Of a DNA stretch of 64,000 nt, positions 12,721-27,709 are shown one piece after another. The notes beneath the pieces are model-generated. The model was not told where the DNA came from. It was given only the letters and a program-made list of their open reading frames with translations, and searched no databases. Location of the stretch: assembly GCF_009914755.1 (NCBI RefSeq), contig NC_060933.1. One strand, given 5' to 3'. The translations under genes and the position numbers were made by a program. Every line of letters starts with the position of its first letter. Position 1 is the first letter of the stretch. This DNA is from the human T2T-CHM13v2.0 reference genome, Homo sapiens.

Positions 12721-14278
12721 CAGAAATAATGGTTTTTAAACAATATTTGAGTTTCTAGTTATAAATTCCAAAGTCTCACAATATTTCCATGGACCTTTGA
12801 ATAGAACACTTGAGCACTAAGCACCCCTTGTCACTCATTAATGTCATATATTGAACACTGTTTCATTGCACACACTTTTTTAGGACCTGAATTCCTGTTT
12901 TCCTTTGAACTTGCCTCCCACCTTCAACACAAGTACACTAAAACAACCAATACAATTTCAGTACAGCCACACTACATTAAGCATGTCTTGATCTGCTTCA
13001 CATAGCCTTCAAAAACACTTCCTTAAGCAACCCACATTAGACCATCACAATATCCAACAATAACGACATCAAATACTTATTGATCTCCAACTATATATGG
13101 GAGATATGTCAATAATAACATTTATTGATGCAAAATAAGACAAGCAGCTTAAATTTATTAATTCTTAATCCTCATCATGATTTCTATTACATTTTCTAGT
13201 TTTGAATGAAGAAGTTAAGCCCAGATTGGTTAAATTATCTGTCAAAGTTTATACACCTATTTATAGAATGAAAGTTGGAACTTAAACCCAGAAAACATGG
13301 CTGTTGGGCCCATGTTCTCAAATGTCAGTGTTATACAAGCTTTGATTCTTAGCCCAAGGAAACATGTGGTTTAATGGTAAATTCAGATAAGTAGAGAAGT
13401 CAATTATGCGAGATAAATAAACAATCTAATCACCATTCAGGGTACTTGTAGGGCAATATGCCTAATACAGCCTAAAAGATAGAAGGCAATCAGAAATATT
13501 ATTTACTTTTCTCTCCACATTCTTCAGAGCACTCCACAGGATAATTAACTGAGAAAAAAAAAGGAACTATCAGTAACTACTTGGACACTGAAGTATGGAT
13601 TTTGGGTGTTGAAGATTTTTGATGTGCATATTTTAGATCTTCAACGCTATGTGCAGAGATTTATACACACTATATAATATCTCTGCCAGATTGAAATTTC
13701 TCATCCAACCCCATTTGTTGAGAATCTGAAACACTGAGAATGTTTTCTTTGACAAAATCCCAACAGCTCTTAAATTACCTATCCTCAAGGAAAGTGAAAT
13801 AGAAGGGACACATTGGAGGCATGAAGGAGAAATATCACTTTGAGAGACAGAATCCCCAGGGACATTGGGCTGCTCTCCTAAAATGAATGCATCAGCCCCT
13901 TGCAATGCTCCTTTTGCTAACATCATGTATTGTTTACTCTGCTCTTTTATTCCTTGTCCCTGGGAGGAAATTTGGTATTGTGCTTACCTTTTAAATGATT
14001 TCAAAACTTCTATTCACTAGTACTCTTAACTGTTCCACCTACTACTGCCTGATGTGTCATCTGTAAGTACCACTCTATGCTGCCACTTTTTTTCTCACAG
14101 GCTCTCTAAGACTTCAGAATACATACAGAAAATAAAACTACTTAGCCTGGCATTCAAAGCCCAGAAAATCTGAAGCCTTCCTATATTTTCCAAATGTTCC
14201 AACATAACAGAATATAAATTTACCACAGAAGCTAGACTTGCCTACTCATTTGTTTCCATCTTTCTTTACATTGTTTGA

Positions 14279-14623
<345 letters not shown>

Positions 14624-14739
14624 TGTTTCCATCTTTTCTTTACATTGTTTGACCAATCATATTACCAAAGCTTAAAGGCTATTTTTGTTGTTGTTGGTAA
14701 TACTATCTTTCTACATAGACATCAAATCTCAACCATTCC

Positions 14740-16253
<1,514 letters not shown>

Positions 16254-16518
16254 GGATGTTACTTTTTCTTTTAAACATCCTTTGTGCTACTTCAATAAGT
16301 AAACTAATTTTTTATACTATGCGGTGCATTACAATTTTTCCCAATTTCAATCAATTGCTCACATTTTCATTCCTCTTTCATAATTTAAGGCTGCTGATAA
16401 TATGGACTCTTGTATTATTATAGTATCAATGACAAATACATGGCCTGATATACCATTGACGCTCAGTAAATGATAAATCAGTAAATGATTAGCCTGTATT
16501 TGTGATAAGGAATATGTG

Positions 16519-17480
16519 TTCATCCAATCAACATCTATTAAGCACAATATATATCAAGTAAAGTCTAGGCCCTGGGGAAATGGGAATGTTTAAGGAAGGC
16601 GTGGCTTCCCCCTAGATCATGGTGCTTACAGTCTAGGCCATGGTTTCTCAAATATTGACACTGTTGCCATTTTGGTTTGGGTAATGCTGTATTGTGAGAA
16701 AGTGTCTTGTGCATGATAGGATGCTTATAAGCATCCCTGGCCTCTACCAACTAGATGCCAGTAATATTCCCTGGCACACAATTTTAACAGCAAAACATAA
16801 CCTCAAACACTGGCAAATCTCCCCTGGAGGGAAAAATCAACTCTGGCTGATTCACTGGTCTAGTGAAAGAGATAAATATTTATATATCTGTAGATATACA
16901 TATAAGTACAAATTATGATCAATATTATGCAGAAAGGTAAAAGCTGAAATGTCAGAGTATAACTGGGAGACTGATTTGTATTGGTGGGTACGGGTTGTCA
17001 ATAGAATGAAATGTTGCTGACAAAAAAAGTGAAATCTAGGCTTTAGTCGATAGGATAAGCCAGATTTCAGGTAAAGGTGGGAGGAAGAAAGTTTCAGGCA
17101 GAAGGAGTAACCTGTATGGAGGGCCTGAAGCACGACAAAGTTTGTTTTATGCTGAAAACTAGTGCAAAGTAGAACAGAAGGGGGCTAGAAAGTTAAACAG
17201 GGGCAAGGCCATGCAGGGAACCATAGACTATTATGCCTTAGAATTTTATCTTAAAATTAATGGGAAAAAGAGTTTAACCAACAGGGATGTTAAGTGGAAA
17301 TACAAAGTGGAATTCCATTTCTACAAACCAGTTGTGATGGCTGCATTCTGGAGAAGGAGGCTGTTAAAGCAATTAAACCGAGAGACCATGGTGATTTAAT
17401 CTAGAGACATGGTTCTAGACATGGAGAAAAGTGGATGGCTGATAAAGTCACTTTCTTGTACACATGGATAGTTGGGTGGA
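16519..17480 (-). mobile_element. L2 remnant
   Basis: TTCATCCAATCAACATCTATTAAGCAC...GCTTACAGTCTAG...TTTCAGGCAGAAGGAGTAAC...GAATTTTATCTTAA. Confidence 0.6.
16639..16857 (-). mobile_element. MER20 hAT MITE
   Basis: GGTTTCTCAAATATTGACACT...AGCATCCCTGGCCTCTACCAACTAGATGCCAGTA...CACTG; 8-bp TSD GTCTAGGC/GTCTAGTG. Confidence 0.85.
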
Positions 17481-18542
17481 TTTATATATTTCCCAGTGGA
17501 AAATATCCTCTAATGGGAAGATAATCTGTGTTGAGAATGCTATGGTGATGTTTTCTTGGGAAGCTTTGTAGTATATTTATTGGCTTTCCTACTTGGTCTC
17601 TTTCACATTCAGTTCAACTCCTGAGTCAGCCTAAGGGGTTCTCTCTGGTAAAAATCCCAGATGATTCCTACCTTTTCTCCATTCTGAAGAGGCCATTCCT
17701 TCATGCCTCCTCTTCCTCTTCTGCCAGGTGTAAACGTGTGTATGTGATCAATGGGCAGAGCGGGGATCAAGTCGAGCAGAATGAGTCCCAAAGTCCAGGG
17801 ACCTGAAGGGGGAATGAACACAGGAAGGAAAAATTGAGGGCTCTTTCCGTTAGCTGTTCACCTGCTTTGAGTGGTGAGTTAATTAGCAATAGGAGTGCAA
17901 GTTGACAGCCCTGGAAAGGAGCAGTCATGCAGTGGGAGGTGAGGTAAAGCAGTCTTGCTGGGAAAGTTGTTTCTGATTTATAAATACGCCTGATTATTAT
18001 GATGGTGCCCATTTGTGATTTCATAGTGAAGGATCTGTCAGTTGTCCTCATCTAAACCCCTTGTTTTCACAGGTTTCTAACAATGAAAGGAACTCACCAG
18101 AGCCCCAGACTCAGCCTACAAATCAAGCTTTATTTTTAAATATTAAAAAGAAAAAAATCTGTTAGATTGACTTTTACAAGGAAATAAAGCCAGGTTACTG
18201 AATGAATTCATCTGAAGGTTATTTATAGTTTTGTTGCTTGTTTGTTTTTAACCACAGACAACATGTCTTAATTGGAATGGACAATAAAGATAAACTGCTT
18301 CAGCCCTCTTGTAAAATGGTGCGTAGTGTGATGCTCATAGCTGAGATTTGAAGAAATACTTTCATTCATTTTCATATCCATCCAGCAATCATTTGTCAAA
18401 CAGTTATTCAGCACTGAACCATGGACCAGAAAAGGGACAGACAGAAGAATAAGGCAACGTTGTCCTCTTGAAGTAGTTTGAAGTTTGGAGGGACACACAT
18501 TTAATCATTAAATCTTCAGTAAGAAAAAACATAACATGTCTT

Positions 18543-18891
<349 letters not shown>

Positions 18892-19168
18892 TTAAATTCT
18901 ACAAAAGTTGCAGTAAATTTTATTTGGCTGTTTTAGCTTGTTAAATGTGAATATTTTTTTCTGTACCAAATCAAACTTTAAATAAAACAAAAATACAACC
19001 TAAGCAAAAGGGAACTGTGTGTAAAATATTGTTGAGGGTACCAGAGAGAAAAGCAACTGACATCAATAGGGTTTCCATGAAGAAAGAGAGGAAAATGCAA
19101 GACAGATGTGAAGGAAGAAAAGAAAAAGGAAGGCAAGAGGGAAAGAAAGGTGAAAGTAATCCATATAT

Positions 19169-19297
19169 TCTTTCTTTCCTTCCTTCCTTCCTTTCTTTCT
19201 TTCTTTTTTTTTTTTTTTTTCTTTCTTTCTTTCTCTTTCTTTCTTTGTTTCTTTCTCTCTTTCTTTCTTCTTTCCTTCCTTCCTTCCTTCCTTCCTT

Positions 19298-19337
<40 letters not shown>
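19169..19337. repeat. Compound (CTTT)n/(CCTT)n/(CT)n/T-run microsatellite
   Basis: About 170 bp, almost purely pyrimidine on the + strand. Confidence 0.95.
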
Positions 19338-20818
19338 GTGGTAAGAACATTTAAGGTCTACATTTAAGATCTAAGAGTAAACCAATTTTGCTTCTGTATT
19401 ATTGCACCCAGCATAACAATAGTGAGTTGAGATTCAAATTTTTATCCCGATATGGAAACTTAACTGTTTCCTTATTGCCCTAGAGTAGAAATCATGGAGA
19501 AATAGAAATGGGCAGAAAACTGACTTAGAACAGATTTCAGAACCCCATCACTCCCCCCAAGAAACAGAGATCAGACTGTTTTTGGTTTTGTTTCTTATTT
19601 CTTCTTAAGAGTAATTCCGCCAGTCCCTGAAAGAAGGGGAAAAACACTTCAGCTATTATTAATTATCTTAACTTGGTTTACGTCCAGGCTCTGTTTGATT
19701 ACTTGCCAAAGGTAATATTGAGAAATAAATAGAAAAAATATACATAACATTTTTGAATTTATAAAATCTCTTGGCCAAGAGGCTTGGTGAAGACAGGGAG
19801 GGATATTTAGGAAGTCTGAATATCAGGCAAATGTTCGGAACTGACACAATAGATTCCAAGTGGAATGACTGTCCAGGAAGAAGTGAGCATGGAGGTTGGG
19901 CAAAGATTTCCTAGAAGCCCAATATTTAAGATCAGTAGCCGTATTGGCACAATGACGTTGTTAGCTGGTGGCTCCTTCCTCATGTGATTTAGGATGCTTA
20001 CAACTCAAAATCCTGATTCTTGTACCAGTTAGATGTTTAGACTAATCATAGGAGCATCTCCTTCCATTTATATCAAGTATGCTTACTATCCAACAGCCAA
20101 GAAGATAACTGATGCCCAATCCATGAGCTTTAATCTACCACCCTTGGTGTACCTGGTAAAAATATCTCACTATAATGCTTCCAAATATGACAGTAGATTA
20201 AAAGGAAGCCCAGGACTTAAACTGAGGAGGAGCTCCTACACTTGTACCTAGGAACATGAGGCTAAACTGAGCATGCCAGAATACCTGAGACTGTGGGGAA
20301 GGTTAGAATTTTTGCAACTTTTAATATTAATCAAGTTCTCACTACTTACCAGACACTGTTCATCATTACAAGCATTATCTTATCTAGTGCTCTTAAATCC
20401 CTTTGTTATCCCAATCATATACTTAAGAAAACTGAGACACACAGAGATCAAGTTTTCTAAAGGTCATATACCCATTTAGGAATAGATAATTCAAATTAAC
20501 TATTCTACTACAATATCAATATTTTTCCCATTTTCTTTGCAGTAAGTTAACTTTCTGTATCATTCTGTCTTCTTTTTAAAGTGAGAAAATTAAGTATACT
20601 TAGCCTTTCTTTGAACAGCTTCCCTTTTCTTAGACTAATGTTTTCCAACAGTATATTCCTTAGAACATTTATGCAAAGGAATATTAATAACCATTCTGTT
20701 GGATGTTGGAATAGGTAACAGGTATCTATAATCCCAGAATCTTAAAACATGGTGGGTTAGAGAAGGCAAGGAATCATATTTTTGTAACTGCAGAACTCCT
20801 CACCACATTTAAGTTTAG

Positions 20819-21105
20819 TGTTTGTTTGTTTGTTTGTTTTTGAGACAGAGTCTCACTCCGTCACCCAGGCTGGAGTGCAGTGGTGTGATCAGCCTCCCGG
20901 GTTCAAACCATTCTCTCTCCTCAGCCTCTGGAGTAGCTGAGACTACAGGTGTGAGCCACCATACCCGGCTAATTTTTGTACGTTTAGTAGAGAACAGGTT
21001 TCACCATGTTGGCCAGGCTGGTCTTGAACTCCTAGCCTCAAGTGATCTGCCTGCCTCTGTCTCCCAAACTGTTGGGATTACAGGCATGAGCCACTGCGCC
21101 TGGCC
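20819..21105 (-). mobile_element. AluS (Sx/Sz-like) with ~20-bp internal deletion and (TTTG)n tail
   Basis: GGTGTGATC joins directly to AGCCTCCCGGG; TTTAAGTTT present in both flanks. Confidence 0.92.
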
Positions 21106-22634
21106 ACAACCTTTAAGTTTCTAATGTGAGTTAAACATGTTAGAAGTGGCAGATGCTAAGAATTTAAAACAGCATTAACAAACATATTTGACCACAGAAT
21201 CCTCATTTTTTATTGTTTTCTTGTGTATTTATGATATTTGTTTGCTGTGGAATACATTTGGGGGTAGACTTGTGGAAAGGATGAAGTTCACATTTATAAT
21301 TAACAAAGTTTATAAATTATACACTCTTCCCTCAAACTTCAGCCCCTGTCATCTTACCTTTTCTTATCATTTACTGCAAACACAAATACACACATCTGTA
21401 CAGCCCTCCTTCTTTTATTCCCCTCTCTCCAACACAGATGCACACAGGCTGTCTGAGCTCCTCGAAGGCATTGGTTTGTTTATCATGCCCACATGTTTTC
21501 ATAGAACACCCTCTTCCTAGACTCTGCCTTTTCAATCTCCTATTACCATCTCTGTGACAAGTATGTATTCAACTTGCCGTGACCCTGCTCAAATGTTATC
21601 TCCTCTTGAACCCACTTTTGAGAAATATTGACATAATATCATGCTTTCTATTTTCCCAGTATGCATTTTTTATATTTTGGTAACATGCCAGTGAAAACCA
21701 GACTCTGCTAGGAATTAGTGGCTTGGCTTGACACCTGAACTCTTAGTAAGATCTTGACCAAGATCTCACATATATTTTGGAGGGTAATTTCTACGTATAA
21801 AGGCACCAGAGTATTAGAAGTGCCACAGATGCACAGGAAGTCTAATTAGATACTTGTTTTCTCACTGCCATTAAACAAAGGACACTTTTTCAAACAACCC
21901 CATAACCCATCTAATATGGTCATAACTGACCTATTCCCCAAATCTAATTCTATCCATATAACCTTGCCTCCAGTCTAATGTTATCCCAGACATTATATTA
22001 CTAAACCAATCCCATCCTTATAACCCTTTGGCCCATTAATATACTTCTAATCATCCATTTATAAAATATAACCCACCCAAACAGCCCTATAACCTTTCTA
22101 ATGGATTCAGAACCAGCCAATTACCAAACTTGATCTAATCTGCATAGTTCCCATCACCTTTTAATAAGCTCTAACTGGCCCTGCAAGTTTCACCATTAAC
22201 AAAAAACTATTTTATTCAATTTGTGGCCTTTTATTTGATTTTTTTAAAACATCAAATACTGTACCATTTATTAGAAGTCCATTCTTTCCAACTTATTCAA
22301 TTCTCTTATTTCTTGCTTGAGAAAATTGTAGCATTTCCCAATATTTTAGTTCATTATCTTTCCCAAAAGAATTTGAGATGGATTTTACAAAATGTATATG
22401 CTTTCAGGTTCCACAACCAAATTTACATTCCCCATTGGGTTTCATAGAGGCTTTCTATGTGTGACCAAGGCAAGTCTCTGATTAATTTACTTCAGTGAAT
22501 GCTTATAAGAAACCTACATTAAGGTTGCACACAGACCTACAGACCTTTCCATACAAAGCTAAATGGATCTGAGCTCAGAGCACTGCATGAGAAATATTCC
22601 TTCCATTGCTATTATAACAAACCAGATAGAACTA

Positions 22635-22690
22635 GGAAGAAGGAGGAGGAGGAAGAAAAAGGAGTAGGAGGAGGAGGAAGAAAAGAAAAA
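22635..22690. repeat. (GGA)n / GA-rich simple repeat
   Basis: GGAAGAAGGAGGAGGAGGAAGAAAAAGGAGTAGGAGGAGGAGGAAG. Confidence 0.85.
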
Positions 22691-22854
22691 CCTGCATACA
22701 TAGAAGGCAGATGGCATGTTAGCATATCTTTATTAAAAAATTTATTTTTTTACAATTTTAGTTAACACTATGGACTTTCATTTATGGATGTGAGGGTTGG
22801 GATGTGGTACTTTTATTCATGTGTTTATTTGACAAACATTTACTGAGTATTTGT

Positions 22855-23225
22855 TGTTTTAGTCAGCTCATGCTGCAATAATAAAGTACCATAAACTGAA
22901 TGGCTTAAACAATAGACATTTATTTCTCACAATTCTAGAGGCTTGGAAGTCTAAAATCAATATGCCAGCTGAATCAATTCCTTGTGAGATCCTTCTTCCT
23001 GGCTTGCAGATGGTTGCCTTCATATTGTGACTTTACATGACAAAAAGAGAGAGAACTCTGGCTTCTTCTTCTTCTTATAAGGATACAAATAACATGTTGG
23101 CCCCAACCTCATGATTTTATCAAAACCTAATTACCTCCCAGGCCCCACCTCCAAATCCTATCACATAGGTGGTTAAGGCTTTAACATATGAGTTTTAAGG
23201 AGAGACAAACATTTAGTGCATAACA
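22855..23225 (-). mobile_element. MLT1A0-like MaLR solo LTR
   Basis: TGTTTTAGTCAGCTC...GGCTTAAACAATAGACATTTATTTCTCACAATTCT...CCTAATTACCTCCCA...CATTTAGTGCATAACA. Confidence 0.85.
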
Positions 23226-24999
23226 CCTGCCTTATGGTGATAAGGCTATGTGAATCTGGGGCAGTGAATTCTATTCATCCTGTGGCACATCTTTATTGCT
23301 TGGCCATGTTTCCCATCACCTCCTGGACTTTTGTAGGGGTAAAAGTGCACAAATGTAAATATTTGATTACTTAATCATATACATATTGGTGTGTATTAAG
23401 CTACATATATAAAAGTTCAGCTATGCAGCAAATATGTACTGAGGACTGTGTCCCAACTAGCACACCCAGTGCCCTGTAAAGAATGTGTTATTATTCTCAC
23501 TTGTTTTTAGTTGAAAGCAATGCTCAACGAGCTCAGGAAACTTGCTCGAGATTGCACAAATGGCTGAGCAGGACTTGAATCCTTGGCTCTCTTAATTAAA
23601 AGCCTAAATTATTTCTCTCAATCCACAATACATGTCAAGCAGAGTCATTTCAGTGACATTAGACTATTCCAAATTCTTTACATTATAAGTGAAGAAACTA
23701 AGGCCAGAGAAAGGAAATGACTTTCTTCAGGCTTCATATGTACATCTGTACACAGAAAGATGGTTGATCTGGAGAAGAAGATGGTTTCCTTTGTAAGCAC
23801 AGCATCCTGCCATTTCAGACAGGCTCTGTCCATTAGCACAGCAAGAAGAGAGAGTGAATACCCCATCCTTCAATCCCCGCAAATGGCCCTTCAGTAAGTG
23901 ATTTGCTGAGGCCTAGGCCCCCTGGGGGAAGAATGCATTGTACATCATATGGACCCAGCCAAGCTATGTTTACAGTTATGAAGTGCCACATATCAAAATT
24001 AGCATTTGTGCAAATGATCACACAATTCCATCAGGCCTGCTGTGTCCCTTTAATAGGCCCATCTTTCAATTATGAAGTAAAGATCAGTCAATGTTCTTCT
24101 AAAATCTCATTCCGTTTGTTATTTTGACAGTAAAGAAGGAGGTTTTCTTTTCTTTTTTTTTTCTTCCACTTGAAGTCAGGCCCATCAACATGAGATGGTT
24201 ATCAAATCTATAGCAGAGAAAATGGATATTTTGAGTTTGTACTTATATCTTAGAAGTGGAACACCTTTGAAATGCTCATGAATAGGAATACAAACATTCA
24301 TATTTAAGATTCTATCTCCTTGAGTACATCTGATTAGTCTAATTCTACCTTCCATTGCTCAGGGAATCATAAAATGTTAAGTATTTCAGTTCGAGGAGAA
24401 TTTAGAAATCAGGCTTTCCTTCATTTCTGCTTCCTCTATCTGTTCTCCCACATCTTTAACAAGTTATCCCACAGACTAGCTTGAGCAGATCTTACTATAG
24501 GGAACTCACTATCTTACAAAGCAGTATTTCTCTTAGGCAACTATCTCTTTTTGAATCAAAATTGGTATCCTTAATCTTCAATCGATTGGTTTACCATCTG
24601 CACCTAGAGAAATAAATACAATCACTTTTTCATCAAAAAGAGCTGCAACTATTTGAAAATGTAACTATTATCTGATTTCTAACCCACATTAGGCAATCTT
24701 AATGGTATTTTGGTAGTTTTTTTTCCTGTTTATTAAATGACCTGTGCATTCAACACATGGCTCAGTACTCTTATGGTATAGCTCACTAATATTTCTGTAT
24801 CTAAAATCAAACAAATTACCAAAGCACCCTGGGCATATGAATTAGCTCATGCATATGAAGAGTCGAGAAGAGCTGATCAATTGTCTACTGCCATCATTCT
24901 GTAAGAGATACCATCAGGCAATGCACCAGTTGAGTCGGAAAAATGTGTAATTGATATTACCAGAGAAAGTAATTTTTAACTTTTACTTTTTTTCTCTAC

Positions 25000-26760
25000 T
25001 CTTTTTTAAAAATTTGAAGTAATTTTAAACTTATAAAAAAATCTTAACAGTAGTATAAAGGCATCTTTATTTTCCTTGAAGCATTTGAGAGTGAGTTGTG
25101 GATATGATGTCCCATCACTCTTAAACACTTTAGTGTGTAAAGCCTATGAACATTAACATTTTCCAACATAACCACAACACCATCTCCAAAATTAGGAAAT
25201 TAACATGGATGCGTTACTAATACCCAATTCTGCAATTCCTCTCAAGGGTCTTCACTTTCCCAAAAATGTTCTTTATAGAAAGATGGCCCAATTCCAAATT
25301 ATGTGTTGAAGTTAATTTTCGTATCCTTTTAGTATTGTTCAATCAGGAATGGTTCCTTGGCCTTTGCTTGTCTTTAATGACTCTGACACTTTTGACTATC
25401 ATAGACCAATTATTTGGTAGAATGTCACTCAATTTGAATCTGTTTGATATTTACTTATGTTCAGTTTTAAATTATGGATCCTTGGCAAAAATATAAAGCA
25501 AGAGGTCTTGTGTTCTCATTGTAACCTATCAGGTGGTACACAATTTCACTTGTCTCACTGCTGACTTTGATTGCCTAATTTAGGTTATTTCTGTCAGGTT
25601 TCTCTACTGTAAAGTTACTTTTGTAATTAATTAATATTATATGGGAGATATTTTGAGACTGGGCAAACGTTCTATTCCTTATCAAATTTCCACTCACTAA
25701 TTTCAGCATCCATTGATATTAGCTGGATAAATGAATTATTACAATGGTTGCCAAATGTTGATTTCCTGTGGCCAACCTTCTTTCTCCATTTATTAGTTGG
25801 TATTTACTTATCCCTATTTATTTACTAACATATCAGAATGTACTCTCAGGTACCTATTTTACTCAATGGTTATAATGCATTACCATAATTATTTAATTTG
25901 ACATCAGGCTTATTTCACTGGGAGGTCCTTGAGGCTGGTTACTACGCTTTTTTATACCACACCACTATTCTTTGCACTTGTGTATTTTCTGGTATACTGA
26001 GATGTATCAGGCTTATTTGATACTTTTGCTTCCACAACATTGAAATCAGCAATCTTTTTAGGGATCATTAGTTTTCTTTCTTTTGTGCAAATGATCACAC
26101 ATTTCTTTCTTTTCTTTCTTTCTTTTTTCTTTTTCTTTCTGTCCTTCTTTTTTTATTTTTTCTTTCTTTCTTCTTTCTTTGTTCTTTCTTTCTTCTCTTT
26201 CTTCTTTCTTTCTTTTTTTCTCTTTCTCTCTCTTTATCTCCTTCCTTCCTTCCTTCTTTTGCTTTTCTTTTCCTTTTCTCCTCTCCTCTCTTTTCTTTTC
26301 TTTTTCCCTTCCTTTCCCTTTCCTTTGACAGTGTTTTGCACTGTTACCCAGGCTGAAGTGCAGTAGTGTGATCTCGACTCACTGCAACCTTGACTTCCTG
26401 GGCTCAAGTGATCCTCCCACCTCAGCCTCTTGAATAGCTGTGACCACAAGCACACACCCCCACAACTGGCTATTTATTTTATTTTATTTTTTGTAGACAC
26501 AGGGTTTCACTATGTTGCCTGGGCTGTTCTCAACCTCCTGGGCTCAAGTGATCCACCCGCCTCAGCCTCCCAAAGTGCTGGGATTAAAGGCATGAGCCAC
26601 TGTCCCTGGCCCTGTAGGGGAAAATGTTATTTAAAGACAAAGATGTACATCTTAGATGTGTTCATTGCTATAAGGTTTCTCTGTTTCTAAGACCTCTCAA
26701 TGAAGTTATATAGAATATGTGTGTATATACATACAGAAATTACATACACATGCATTCTGG
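25000..26760 (-). mobile_element. Old L1 (L1MC4/5-like) 3' end, interrupted by AluJ
   Basis: CATTTGAGAGTGAGTTG...ATAACCACAACACC...AAAATTAGGAAATTAACAT...GTCAGGTTTCTCTACTGTAAAGTTACT. Confidence 0.7.
26102..26611 (-). mobile_element. AluJ (body ~26326-26611) with ~225-bp expanded CT-rich tail
   Basis: CCTGGGCTCAAGTGATCCTCCCACCTCAGCCTC J-type arm; pyrimidine tract 26102-26325. Confidence 0.92.
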
Positions 26761-27321
26761 CACCAGCCATCTCCCCTAAACATTCTTCTCACCCGTTCAG
26801 GATCCAATACACCCCTCAGGCATTGACCTTCTTCCTTGGAGAATGTAAACCTTGATCCGCCTACCTAATGGCTTTTTTACTAGATAATTTAGGAGGGAAT
26901 AGATGCAGGAAAAAAAAAAAAGAAAAGGAGGGAGAAAATGAAGAAAGTTAACACTGAAGGGAAGGAAGAAAGGAAGGAAGAAAGGAAGAAAACTGGAAGG
27001 AAAGCATGCTCTCTATTCCAGTTGAATGTTATTAAAATTTTTTCATGAAACTAAGGCACCTTAAAGCATTTCTTATACAAGTAGTACTGAATCATTCAAT
27101 ATTCACATGCTGAATGTGGGAATTTTAAAGTAGCTATTAATAAAGTTATATCAATCTTTTGGCTGCCATTACATTGGCTTCATACTATTAGGCCTAATAT
27201 TGGAGGAGTAAATTAGATGCCTCCATGATCTCAGCTCTTCCTGAAACCTCCTGTCAGAGAAATATTCAGGTCACCAATCCTCTCCTAAAATATATCATCA
27301 CAAGCTGCCCATATATCTATA

Positions 27322-27709
27322 CTTTTCTTTTCTTTTCCCTTCTCTTCCTTTCCCTTCCCTTCCCTTTCCTTTCCTTTTCTTTTTCCTTCCTTCCTTCCTT
27401 CCTCCCTCCCTTCCTCTCTTCCTCCCTGCCCCCCCCTCTCTTTCTCTCTCTCCTCTTTCTTCCTCTTTCCCTTGCTTGACTTCCTGGCCTCAAGTAATCC
27501 TCCCATCTCAGCCTGCCTAGTAGCTGGGGCTATAGGCACATGGTACCATGCCCAGCTAGTTTTTTAAACAATTTGTTTTTCTTTTGTGGGGGTAATATGG
27601 GGCCTTATTATGTTACCCAGGCTGGTCTTGCACTCCTGGGCTCAAGAGATCCTCTAGCCTCAGCCTCCTAAAGTGCTGGGATTACACTCATGAGCCACTG
27701 TGCTCGGCC
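27322..27709 (-). mobile_element. Partial AluJ (27475-27709) abutting a CT-rich tract
   Basis: CCTGGCCTCAAGTAATCCTCCCATCTCAGCC...GCTCGGCC; about 55 bp of the right-arm 3' end missing. Confidence 0.88.

Noticed and set aside
19017-19367. Overlapping K/E/R-rich and F/L/S-rich ORFs (also 26040-26455 and 27225-27539)
   Set aside because: Translations of purine/pyrimidine microsatellites
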